Origin: an uncultured Woeseiaceae bacterium
GTDB taxonomy: Bacteria; Pseudomonadota; Gammaproteobacteria; Steroidobacterales; Woeseiaceae
Reading direction: 5' to 3'
Assembly: GCA_964654975.1 (NCBI GenBank)
Contig: CAZZKW010000002.1
Span: 34,686 to 98,685, forward strand
Length of the DNA stretch: 64,000 bases
Below the pieces are notes generated by a model. That model was not told where the DNA came from. It saw only the letters and a program-made list of their open reading frames with translations, and did no database searches. Shown here piece by piece: positions 19,138 to 27,634 of the stretch; the stretch's first letter is position 1; the number at the start of each line of letters is the position of its first letter. The translations under genes were made by a program, and so were the position numbers.

Positions 19138-19611
19138 GTGCCATCCAAACCACTCATAATCGACAGTCGTGAGCAGCAGTGCGTCAGGTTGTGGCTGGAA
19201 CTGCTGCGCTGCGCGAAAACGCAGGAGACGAAGCTCGGTGCGCGGCTGCGGAAAAACTTCGGCCAAAGCCTTACCCGGTTTGATGCGTTGTCGCAGCTGT
19301 ATCGTGCGCCGGACACGACTCTGTTGGTCACCGAGCTTGCGACGCGTATGTTAGCGTCGAAAAGCAAGAACATTACGCGGCTGGTGGATCGCATGGAGGA
19401 GGACGGGTTGGTGAGCCGCCGACCGAATCCGGGTGACCGACGCAGCTTCGTCGTGAGTCTGACAAAAAAGGGGCGGTCGATCTTTGAGGAAATGGCAATC
19501 GAACACGGACACTGGGTTTGTAACGGGTTTCAGGGTCTCACTGCCGCTGAGCTGAGCACATTGCAGTCTTCGATGATTAAGCTGCGCGAGCATTTGGAAC
19601 AAGATGACTAA
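19138..19611 (+). CDS. MarR family transcriptional regulator
   Basis: 157 aa with a GTG start. The winged-helix segment is LTRFDALSQLYRAPD..TELATRMLASKSKNITRLVDRMEEDGLVSRRPNPGDRRSFVVSLTKKG. Confidence 0.85.
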   Translation: MPSKPLIIDSREQQCVRLWLELLRCAKTQETKLGARLRKNFGQSLTRFDALSQLYRAPDTTLLVTELATRMLASKSKNITRLVDRMEEDGLVSRRPNPGDRRSFVVSLTKKGRSIFEEMAIEHGHWVCNGFQGLTAAELSTLQSSMIKLREHLEQDD

Positions 19612-20356
19612 TCTTAGAGGCAGTCACGCATTGGTTACCGGCGGTGCAACCGGCATCGGTCTGGCAATAGCGAAAGCGCTTTGCGCCAGTGGTGTGCGAG
19701 TTACGGTTGCGAGTCGTAATATCCAGCGCATTGAAGAGGTGACAAAAGACCTCGATGCAGTGACGGGTATGGCACTGGACGTTACCGATTCCGGCAGTGT
19801 CAGGAGCGTGTTCGAGGCGGCTGGCCCGGTCGATATTCTCGTTAATAATTCGGGAATAGCGCTCGCCGCGCCATTCGACTCGACAACGCAGGAACAACTG
19901 GCGAACGTTATGGCCGTAAATCTGACGGGTGTTTTCCACTGTATGCAAGCAGCGTTGCCCGCAATGCGCGAACAGAACTACGGCCGCATCATCAACATCG
20001 CGAGCACCGCCGGTTTGCGTGGCTACGCGTACACATCGGCCTACTCGGCATCAAAGCACGGTGTGATAGGAATGACGCGGTCGTTGGCGCTCGAATTGGC
20101 ATCAACCGGAATCACGGCGAACAGTATCTGTCCGGGTTTCACGGATACGGAAATCGTCGCCGATGCGACCGCCAACATCAGCAAAGTTACCGGACGCACC
20201 CAGGACGAGGCGTTGGCGGAGTTGGTGAAGCACAATCCACAAAAACGACTTATTGCACCGGCTGAGGTGGCTGATACGGTGTTGTGGCTTTGCGGTGAAA
20301 ACAGCCACTCGATCAACGGACAAGCCATCGCCATCGCTGGCGGCGAGGTCATGTAA
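19604..20356 (+). CDS. SDR family oxidoreductase (3-hydroxyacyl-CoA dehydrogenase-like)
   Basis: 250 aa. Contains [12 protein letters not shown] and YSASK. The start overlaps the MarR stop by 8 nt. Confidence 0.8.
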   Translation: MTNLRGSHALVTGGATGIGLAIAKALCASGVRVTVASRNIQRIEEVTKDLDAVTGMALDVTDSGSVRSVFEAAGPVDILVNNSGIALAAPFDSTTQEQLANVMAVNLTGVFHCMQAALPAMREQNYGRIINIASTAGLRGYAYTSAYSASKHGVIGMTRSLALELASTGITANSICPGFTDTEIVADATANISKVTGRTQDEALAELVKHNPQKRLIAPAEVADTVLWLCGENSHSINGQAIAIAGGEVM

Positions 20357-20372
20357 TGAAGGAGTTGAGGTA

Positions 20373-21188
20373 ATGAGGATGGATCCGGAAAAGTTCTCGC
20401 CAAAGCATTTTCTTTGGGAGTTTTCAGACGGCGTGGCGACGGTGCGCTTGAATCGGCCGGAACGTAAGAATCCGTTGACGTTCGACTCCTACGCCGAACT
20501 GCGCGATACCTTTCGCGAGCTGGTGTACGTCAAAGCGGTTAAAGCCGTTGTATTGGCACCGAACGAAGGGAACTTCAGTTCCGGTGGAGACGTACACGAG
20601 ATCATCGCGCCGTTGGTTGATATGTCGATGGACGGTTTGATGGACTTTACACGTATGACCGGCGATTTGGTTAAGGCAATGCGCCATTGTCCGCAGCCGA
20701 TTATCGCTGCCGTAGACGGCATATCTGCAGGGGCCGGTGCGATCTTGCCGATGGCCTCGGACCTGCGTATCGGTACGCCGGACGCGAAAACCTACTTCCT
20801 GTTCAATCGTGTGGGACTTGCCGGCTGCGACATGGGTGCATGCGCGATCCTGCCGCGCATCATCGGTCAGGGCAGGGCGTCGGAGTTGCTGTTGACGGGG
20901 CGCGCCATGAGTGCCGACGAAGGGCTCGCCTGGGGTTATTTCAACAATGTGGTTGCTTCCGAGCATTTGTCGGAGGCCGCCGCGACCCTCGCAGCTCGGC
21001 TTGCCGCCGGTCCGACTTTTGCTAACGGTATCACCAAGAATCAGCTCAACATGGAATGGGACATGAGTCTCGACACGGCGATTGAGGCCGAAGCGCAGGC
21101 GCAGGCGATCTGCATGCAAACGGCGGACTTCAAGCGTGCCTACGACGCGTTCGTGGCAAAATCCAAACCCGTGTTCGAGGGAAACTAG
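20373..21188 (+). CDS. Enoyl-CoA hydratase/isomerase (crotonase) family
   Basis: ORF 20253..21188. I prefer the ATG at 20373, 8 nt after GGAG. Contains [19 protein letters not shown] and [11 protein letters not shown]. Confidence 0.85.
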   Translation: MRMDPEKFSPKHFLWEFSDGVATVRLNRPERKNPLTFDSYAELRDTFRELVYVKAVKAVVLAPNEGNFSSGGDVHEIIAPLVDMSMDGLMDFTRMTGDLVKAMRHCPQPIIAAVDGISAGAGAILPMASDLRIGTPDAKTYFLFNRVGLAGCDMGACAILPRIIGQGRASELLLTGRAMSADEGLAWGYFNNVVASEHLSEAAATLAARLAAGPTFANGITKNQLNMEWDMSLDTAIEAEAQAQAICMQTADFKRAYDAFVAKSKPVFEGN

Positions 21189-21191
21189 ATC

Positions 21192-22373
21192 GTGGCCGAT
21201 GCAAGTTATCTGGAGTGGCCATTCTTCGAGGATCACCATCGGGAACTGGTGGCGAACCTTGACGTTTGGTGCGCCGAAAATCTGCTGGCCGTTGTCGATG
21301 CGGGTGATTTTCACCGCGACATAGATGCGAGTTGCCAACGCCTGTTGACAATGCTCGGCGAAGCCGGGTATTTGCGCTACTGCGTGCCGCGAGAATTTGG
21401 TGGCGTACACGAGGCGCTCGACGTTCGGTCGCTGTGTTTGATTCGAATGACACTCGCTTATCACTCCGGACTGGCGGACTTCGTTTTCGCCATGCAGGGA
21501 CTGGGTTCGGGGACGATATCACTGCTCGGTTCTGCTGCAACGAAAGCGAGCTACCTGCCCGGCGTTGCTGATGGCAGCCGTTGCGCGGCGTTCGCGTTGA
21601 CCGAGCCCGAGTCCGGTTCCGATGTTGCTGCGACACGAATGACAGCAGACCGAGAGGACGAAGAGTTCGTCATCAACGGCATCAAAACCTTCATATCAAA
21701 CGGTGGCATTGCACATCAGTACGTTGTTTTCGCGAGGACCGGAGAGGACAAGGGTGCGCGCGGTCTATCGGCGTTCGTTGTCGATGCCGATACGCCAGGA
21801 CTGGACGCCTCGGAACGTATTGCGGTCATCGCGCCGCATCCGCTGGCGACGGTTCGTTTCGAAAACTGCCGTATCCCGGCTGCCAATTTACTCGGTGTCG
21901 GTGGCGGCGGTTTCAAGGGCGCGATGGCAACACTCGATATCTTCCGCCCAACGGTGGGTGCCGCGGCGCTGGGATTTGCGCGTCGTGCGCTGGATGAGGC
22001 GACGGCGCGCTCGAACTCCCGCCAACTCTTTGGTGCGCCGCTGCACGACCTGCAACTGGTTCAGGCGACGCTGGGCGAGTGCGCACTGGACGTGGACGCC
22101 TCGGCTTTGCTCGTCTTTCGAGCCGCCTGGGCAAAAGACAATGGTCAGCCGCGGATAACGCGCGAAGCGGCAATGGCGAAACTGCATGCGACTGAATCGG
22201 CGCAGCAGGTTATCGACAAAGCGGTGCAGATATTCGGTGGCAGTGGCGTCGTTTCCGGCGTCAAGGTGGAGGAGCTGTACCGGGAAATACGCGCGTTGCG
22301 AATCTACGAAGGTGCGTCCGACGTACAAAAGATTGTTATCGCGCGCGCACACCTTGCAGCAGAGGCAACGTGA
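21192..22373 (+). CDS. Acyl-CoA dehydrogenase
   Basis: 393 aa with a GTG start 3 nt after the upstream stop. Contains [18 protein letters not shown] and [10 protein letters not shown]. Confidence 0.85.
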   Translation: MADASYLEWPFFEDHHRELVANLDVWCAENLLAVVDAGDFHRDIDASCQRLLTMLGEAGYLRYCVPREFGGVHEALDVRSLCLIRMTLAYHSGLADFVFAMQGLGSGTISLLGSAATKASYLPGVADGSRCAAFALTEPESGSDVAATRMTADREDEEFVINGIKTFISNGGIAHQYVVFARTGEDKGARGLSAFVVDADTPGLDASERIAVIAPHPLATVRFENCRIPAANLLGVGGGGFKGAMATLDIFRPTVGAAALGFARRALDEATARSNSRQLFGAPLHDLQLVQATLGECALDVDASALLVFRAAWAKDNGQPRITREAAMAKLHATESAQQVIDKAVQIFGGSGVVSGVKVEELYREIRALRIYEGASDVQKIVIARAHLAAEAT

Positions 22374-22374
22374 C

Positions 22375-22806
22375 ATGAGTAGAGTTTTCAAAACCGAGCG
22401 CCTGGTTCGGCACGGTCACACGGACCCGGCCGGGTTCATGTTTTACCCGCGGTACTACGAGATGATCGCCGGCGTGATCGAAGATTTCTTTCGCCTGGAG
22501 TTGAATCGGCCGTTTGGGGAAATGCATCTTAAGCAACGTGTTGGTCTGCCAACCGTGAACATCGAAACGAATTTCTACGCGCCGAGTTATTGTGACGATG
22601 TCCTTGAATTCTCGCTTGTGGTTGAAAAGATCGGCAGGGCATCGGTGACGCTCCAGATCACCGTGACCTGCGGTGACGAGCAGCGTCTGAGCAACCGACA
22701 AACAATTGCGAATGTCATGCTCGATGAGGTCCAGGCTGTTCCGTTCAGTGCCGATCTTCGCGAAGGTTTACTGGGTTTTCTGGTCCGTGAGGAGTCGTCC
22801 GTATGA
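22375..22806 (+). CDS. Hotdog-fold acyl-CoA thioesterase (4HBT/YbgC-like)
   Basis: ORF 22186..22806. I prefer the ATG at 22375, 1 nt after the ACAD stop. Contains VRHGHTDPAGFMFYPRYY with the catalytic Asp context. Confidence 0.7.
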   Translation: MSRVFKTERLVRHGHTDPAGFMFYPRYYEMIAGVIEDFFRLELNRPFGEMHLKQRVGLPTVNIETNFYAPSYCDDVLEFSLVVEKIGRASVTLQITVTCGDEQRLSNRQTIANVMLDEVQAVPFSADLREGLLGFLVREESSV

Positions 22807-23198
22807 ATATTCTCTTGCCCGACGGTTGGCCGATGCCGCATGGTTACTCAAACGGCGTTGCCACACACGCGGGCCGGCAGATATTTGTCGCCGGTATGAT
22901 TGGCTGGGACGAGCAGGGCGTGTTTCAGTCCGACGATCTTGTCGATCAGTTGCGGCAGGTATTGATGAACACAAAGGCCGTGATGGCCGCTGGCGGGGCG
23001 GAGCCGGAGCACATGGTGCGCATGACGTGGTACATCACGGACAAAAAAGACTATAGTTCACGGCTGAAAGAAATCGGTGCGGCGTATCGGGATATCATGG
23101 GCCGCAACTATCCGGCGATGGCATGTGTGCAGGTAGTGGCCTTGATGGAAGACCGGGCGAAGATCGAAATCGAAACAAGCTGTGTAGTGCCAACATGA
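22803..23198 (+). CDS. Rid (YjgF/YER057c/UK114) family protein lacking the RidA arginine
   Basis: 131 aa. The ATGA overlaps the thioesterase stop. The C-terminus YPAMACVQVVAL..KIEIE aligns with RidA FPARSCVEVARL..KIEIE, so the Arg is replaced by Met. Confidence 0.8.
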   Translation: MNILLPDGWPMPHGYSNGVATHAGRQIFVAGMIGWDEQGVFQSDDLVDQLRQVLMNTKAVMAAGGAEPEHMVRMTWYITDKKDYSSRLKEIGAAYRDIMGRNYPAMACVQVVALMEDRAKIEIETSCVVPT

Positions 23199-23213
23199 TG
23201 TCCGAGAGGGAAA

Positions 23214-23678
23214 ATGGCGACAACAATCAAGGCGGAAGATATCCCAACGCTGGTGGGCCAGGACCTTGCGCCTTCGCCCTGGTTGGAGATAACGCAGGAA
23301 CGCGTGAATCAGTTCGCAGCAGCGACCAACGACCACCAGTTTATTCACGTAGACCCCGATAAGGCGGCCAGGACGCCGTTTGGTGGTCCGATCGCGCACG
23401 GCTTCCTGTCGCTGTCGTTATTGTCCTATCTTAACGCTCAGAATGCGCTGGTCCCGGAAAATCTCAGCATGGGCATCAACTACGGATCGGACAAGGTTCG
23501 TTATCTGATGCCGGTTCGTGTCGGCAAGCGAATACGTTCCTTGCAAACCGTGCTGGAAGTGACGGAGAAAAAACCCGGCCACTGGTTATTGAAGACCAGG
23601 GTCACAGTCGAAATCGAGGGCGAAGAAACGCCGGCATTGATCGCCGAAATTTTGTCGATGTGGATTATCGGCGGCTGA
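23214..23678 (+). CDS. MaoC-like (R)-specific enoyl-CoA hydratase/dehydratase
   Basis: 154 aa. Contains FAAATNDHQFIHVDPDKAARTPFGGPIAHGFL, the MaoC hydratase motif. Confidence 0.85.
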   Translation: MATTIKAEDIPTLVGQDLAPSPWLEITQERVNQFAAATNDHQFIHVDPDKAARTPFGGPIAHGFLSLSLLSYLNAQNALVPENLSMGINYGSDKVRYLMPVRVGKRIRSLQTVLEVTEKKPGHWLLKTRVTVEIEGEETPALIAEILSMWIIGG

Positions 23679-23703
23679 CTCGGCATTTAGAACAGGGAAT
23701 TGT

Positions 23704-24612
23704 ATGAGCATTAGAATGGATGGCCAGGTAGCAATAGTCACCGGAGCGGGTCGGGGACTTGGGCGTTGTCACGCCCTGGCGCTTGCGGAGCGGGGCGCTA
23801 AAGTTGTCGTGAACGATCTGGGAGACGATAGCGGACACTCGCAGGATGCATCCGCGGTCGTGAAGGAGATTGAAGGCGGCGGCGGTTCGGCCGTTGCGCA
23901 CGGTGCCAACGTGGCCGACTTTGAACAGGTCGAGGACATGGTCCGTTTGGGTATGGAACGGTGGGGCCGGGTCGATATCCTCGTAAACAACGCCGGCATA
24001 TTGCGCGACAAGACCTTCCTGAAGATGTCGATGGACGAATTTCGCCTGGTGGTCGATGTGCACTTGATGGGTTCGGCGAACTGCAGCAAGGCTGTCTGGG
24101 AAATCATGCGTGAGCAGAGCTACGGGCGCATCGTTTTTACGACGTCCAGTTCCGGCCTCTACGGTAACTTCGGACAGGCAAACTACGGCGCAGCCAAGAT
24201 GGCGATGGTCGGTCTGATGAATACCCTGCACCTGGAGGGTGCGAAGTACGATATTCGGGTCAACTGCCTGGCGCCGACGGCCGGCACCGCGATGACCGAA
24301 GGATTGTTTCCCGAGCCGGTTTTCAAACTGATGGCGCCCGAGGCGGTCAGCCCGGGTATCGTTTTCCTGACCGGACCGGAAGCGCCGAGCCGCAAAGTAC
24401 TGAGTGCCGGCGGTGGCAGTTTTGCGGTATTCAAGGGTTTCGAGACGGAGGGGCTGAGTCTGGCGCCGGATGATGTGACGCCCGAAGGTATTGCCGCGGC
24501 GTGGCATGCCATCGATGACGAGGCGGGAATGCGTGAGTTGCAGAGTGGCTTCGAGCAACCGACCAAGTTTGCACAGCAAGCAGCGAAAAAACTTGGCTTG
24601 AAGCTGGACTAA
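23704..24612 (+). CDS. SDR oxidoreductase resembling the dehydrogenase domain of multifunctional enzyme type 2
   Basis: 302 aa. Contains TGAGRGLG, NNAGILRD and YGAAK, with a longer C-terminal tail as in MFE-2-type (3R)-hydroxyacyl-CoA dehydrogenases. Confidence 0.75.
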   Translation: MSIRMDGQVAIVTGAGRGLGRCHALALAERGAKVVVNDLGDDSGHSQDASAVVKEIEGGGGSAVAHGANVADFEQVEDMVRLGMERWGRVDILVNNAGILRDKTFLKMSMDEFRLVVDVHLMGSANCSKAVWEIMREQSYGRIVFTTSSSGLYGNFGQANYGAAKMAMVGLMNTLHLEGAKYDIRVNCLAPTAGTAMTEGLFPEPVFKLMAPEAVSPGIVFLTGPEAPSRKVLSAGGGSFAVFKGFETEGLSLAPDDVTPEGIAAAWHAIDDEAGMRELQSGFEQPTKFAQQAAKKLGLKLD

Positions 24613-24635
24613 ATTAACGGAACAGAGACATTAAA

Positions 24636-25817
24636 ATGAGAGAAGCAGTTATTGTATCGACAGCACGTACACCCATCGGCAAAGCTTATCGTGGGGCGTT
24701 TAACAATACCGAGGCACCGTCGCTGGGTGGGCATGCGGTCAGGCACGCGGTCGAACGCGCCGGGCTGGATCCGGCGGAAGTTGAGGACGTCGTCATGGGT
24801 TGCGCGCTGCCGCAGGGCACGCAGGGCGCCAATATCGCTCGTCAGGTGGCCCTGGCGGCCGGATTGCCGGTGACGACCGCCGGAATGACGGTTGATCGAC
24901 AGTGCTCATCCGGGATGATGGCGATCGCAGTTGCAGCCAAAACGGTTATTTCTGACGGCGTGGACATCTTGGTCGGCGGCGGGCTGGAGTCCGTCAGTCT
25001 GGTGCAGAACGAACACATGAACCTGTTTCGTGCGGGCGACCCGAAACTACTGGCGGTTCACGAGCATATTCACATGCCGATGATCGACACCGCGGAGGTC
25101 GTCGCTAAACGTTACGGAATTTCTCGCGATGCACAGGACGAATACGCACTGCAAAGCCAGCAGCGTACGGCGGCAGGGCAGGAAGCTGGCAAGTTTGATG
25201 ATGAAATTGTATCGATGTCCTCCAGCAAAGGCGTTATGGACCGGGAGACCAAGGAAATCAGTTTTGAGGATGTGACTCTGGAAAAAGACGAAGGTAATCG
25301 GCCGGGTACCAACCTCGAGGGTCTCGCATCGTTGAAACCGGTGCGCGACGGCGGTGCGATAACGGCGGGTAATGCGAGTCAACTGTCTGACGGCGCGTCG
25401 GCATGCGTCGTGATGGAGGCAAGTTTCGCCGAGAAACGAGGACTGCAACCGCTGGGAATTTATCGCGGTACGGCGGTGGCGGGTTGCGAGCCCGATGAGA
25501 TGGGTATCGGCCCGATTTTCGCAGTGCCGAAACTATTGCAACGCAATGGTCTGACGATGGACGATATCGGCTTATGGGAACTCAACGAAGCGTTCGCGGT
25601 GCAGGTTTTGTACTGTCGTGACAAACTCGGCATCCCCAACGACACGCTTAACGTTAATGGCGGCGCAATTTCTATCGGGCATCCCTACGGTATGTCGGGT
25701 GCACGAATGGTGGGCCACGCTTTGATTGAGGGCAAAAGACGCGGTGTGAAGTTTGTTGTTTGCACCATGTGCATTGGCGGTGGGCAAGGCGCCGCCTCGC
25801 TCTTTGAAGTCGCCTGA
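24636..25817 (+). CDS. Acetyl-CoA C-acyltransferase (thiolase)
   Basis: 393 aa. Contains [12 protein letters not shown] (Cys nucleophile), [20 protein letters not shown] and CIGGGQG. Confidence 0.9.
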   Translation: MREAVIVSTARTPIGKAYRGAFNNTEAPSLGGHAVRHAVERAGLDPAEVEDVVMGCALPQGTQGANIARQVALAAGLPVTTAGMTVDRQCSSGMMAIAVAAKTVISDGVDILVGGGLESVSLVQNEHMNLFRAGDPKLLAVHEHIHMPMIDTAEVVAKRYGISRDAQDEYALQSQQRTAAGQEAGKFDDEIVSMSSSKGVMDRETKEISFEDVTLEKDEGNRPGTNLEGLASLKPVRDGGAITAGNASQLSDGASACVVMEASFAEKRGLQPLGIYRGTAVAGCEPDEMGIGPIFAVPKLLQRNGLTMDDIGLWELNEAFAVQVLYCRDKLGIPNDTLNVNGGAISIGHPYGMSGARMVGHALIEGKRRGVKFVVCTMCIGGGQGAASLFEVA

Positions 25818-26794
25818 TGCGGGCGCTGGTCTGCAGAGAATACGGTCCGCCGGAGTCGCTGCTGATCGAAGAACGAAGCGATCCGACGCCAGCCAGTGGC
25901 GAGGTACTGATCGACGTTGTCGCGGCCGGGATTAACTTTCCGGACGTACTCGCCATCGCCGGCACGTACCAGGTCAAGACGCCAACTCCGTTTGTGCCCG
26001 GCAACGAGGCCGCCGGGGTTGTGTCGGCTGTCGGCAATGGTGTCACTCAGTATTCGCCGGGCGATAAAGTCATCGTCAATTCGGCGGGCGGGGCGTTTGC
26101 CGAGAAATGTGTTGCGGACCAGAACGCGACGATGCGCTTGCCCGGCGGACTGGATTTCGAGCAGGGTGCGGGGTTTACCGTTACCTACGGCACCAGTTAC
26201 CACGCTTTGCGGCAAAGCGCCGAGCTGCAGTCGGGCGAAACCGCCCTGGTATTGGGCGCGGCGGGCGGTGTCGGAATTGCCGCGGTTGAGATAGCCAAAG
26301 CGATGGGCGCGAGGGTTATTGCGGCCGCGAGCAGCGACCGGAAACTCGCGTTTGCCAAGGAGGCGGGCGCCGATGAAACGATTAACTACACATCGCAGCC
26401 GCTGAAGGAAACCGTAAAGGAGTTGACGGACGGCAAGGGTGCGGACGTCGTCTACGATCCGGTGGGTGGTGAGTTGGCTGAGCAGGCATTCCGGGCGACC
26501 GCGTGGCATGGCCGTTATCTCGTTGTCGGTTTTGCCAGCGGCGACATCCCGAGTTTTCGCGCAAATATTGCATTGTTGAAAGAAGCAAGCATTGTCGGCG
26601 TTTGGTGGGGAACGTGGGCGGCCAAAAATCTGCAGCTGCAAATTCAGAACATGCAGGACCTGGCCGAGCTGATCGAGAGTGGAAAGATCAATCCTCGGGT
26701 CACTGAGTCGTACACACTGCAGGATTTCGTACAGGCATTCGCGGCAATTACAGAACGCCGAGCGCTTGGAAAAGTCATCTTGCGCTTGCAGTAG
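25817..26794 (+). CDS. NADPH:quinone oxidoreductase / zinc-type MDR family reductase
   Basis: 325 aa. The start overlaps the thiolase stop by 1 nt (TGATG). Contains GINFPD, PFVPGNEAAG and LGAAGGVG. Confidence 0.8.
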   Translation: MRALVCREYGPPESLLIEERSDPTPASGEVLIDVVAAGINFPDVLAIAGTYQVKTPTPFVPGNEAAGVVSAVGNGVTQYSPGDKVIVNSAGGAFAEKCVADQNATMRLPGGLDFEQGAGFTVTYGTSYHALRQSAELQSGETALVLGAAGGVGIAAVEIAKAMGARVIAAASSDRKLAFAKEAGADETINYTSQPLKETVKELTDGKGADVVYDPVGGELAEQAFRATAWHGRYLVVGFASGDIPSFRANIALLKEASIVGVWWGTWAAKNLQLQIQNMQDLAELIESGKINPRVTESYTLQDFVQAFAAITERRALGKVILRLQ

Positions 26795-26840
26795 GCGCTT
26801 GGGCGTGAGCATAAGCGACACGGAAAATTGTAGTAGAAAT

Positions 26841-26889
26841 AGTTAATTGCAATTTGCAAGTTAATGGGTTAGTTTGCAGTCCCTTGCAA
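26841..26889. promoter_or_regulatory. Cluster of palindromic TTGCAA hexamers upstream of the GST gene
   Basis: Read directly. TTGCAA occurs at 26847-26852, 26854-26859 and 26884-26889, and TTGCAG at 26874-26879. AGTTAAT flanks the first pair (26841 and 26860). Confidence 0.35.
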
Positions 26890-26911
26890 AACAAAAGTAA
26901 ATGGAGTGCCC

Positions 26912-27535
26912 ATGTTTCGTCTGTACGGATTCCCCACGCAAAATTCTTTGAAGCCGCTGTACGTATTGGCAGCAATTGACTGCGAATACGAGTTCGAGTT
27001 TGTGGACTTGTCCAAGGGCGAGCATAAGCGCGAGTCGTTCGCTGAGAAGACACCTATCGGAAAAGTGCCGGTGCTCGAACATGACGGTGAGCATCTTTTC
27101 GAGTCTGGTGCGATTTGTCGTTACGTGGCGAGTGTCACAGAATCGCCGTTGTATCCCGCCGATACGCTGCAACGCGCGCGCGTCGATCAATGGATGGATT
27201 TTTTCAGTTGCCACCTTGGGCGCTATCTTTCGACGATATTCTTCGAGAAGGTTATCAAGAGGAAGTTCAATATCGGTGAGCCGAACCAGGAAAATATCGA
27301 GGAAGCGACCCGATTCATCACCGAGCAATTCGCGATCTTGAACAATCACCTGGAAAGCTCCGATTGGCTGGCAAACGACGCATTGTCCATCGCCGACTTG
27401 TTCGCATTTGCGTACGTCGAACAGCATCGTGCAATCGACTTTTCGTTGCAGGACTTTTCAAATGTGCAAGCATGGTTCGAGCGGGTAGAAGCGCTTGAGA
27501 GCATTGCAAACGCGAAGTCGAGATTGCCTGCATAA
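26912..27535 (+). CDS. Glutathione S-transferase
   Basis: ORF 26906..27535. I prefer the ATG at 26912 after GGAG. It has the thioredoxin-like N-domain IGKVPVLEHDGEHLFESGAICRY and a helical C-domain. Confidence 0.8.
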   Translation: MFRLYGFPTQNSLKPLYVLAAIDCEYEFEFVDLSKGEHKRESFAEKTPIGKVPVLEHDGEHLFESGAICRYVASVTESPLYPADTLQRARVDQWMDFFSCHLGRYLSTIFFEKVIKRKFNIGEPNQENIEEATRFITEQFAILNNHLESSDWLANDALSIADLFAFAYVEQHRAIDFSLQDFSNVQAWFERVEALESIANAKSRLPA

Positions 27536-27546
27536 GAAATGTTGTC

Positions 27547-27574
27547 AATGCGGCGTCAGTCACCGCATTTTCTT
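27547..27574 (+). terminator. Rho-independent terminator candidate after the GST gene
   Basis: AATGCGG (27547-27553) pairs with CCGCATT (27563-27569) across a 9-nt loop, followed by TTCTT. Confidence 0.5.
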
Positions 27575-27634
27575 GTCGCGACCGAGGACTGGTAGCAGGT
27601 AATATCGGGGATTATCTGAGAACGGAATACCTGG

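Noticed and set aside
20424-21464. 346-aa ORF on the minus strand
   Set aside because: It lies antisense to the crotonase and ACAD genes, which have clear family motifs. Its translation is Arg/His/Gly-rich with no motif. This is a typical shadow ORF in G+C-rich coding DNA.
23665-24579. 304-aa ORF on the minus strand
   Set aside because: It lies antisense to the MFE-2-like SDR gene, and its composition is low-complexity and Arg-rich. Shadow ORF.
25685-26821. 378-aa ORF on the minus strand
   Set aside because: It lies antisense to the thiolase end and the whole QOR gene, and has no recognisable motif. Shadow ORF.
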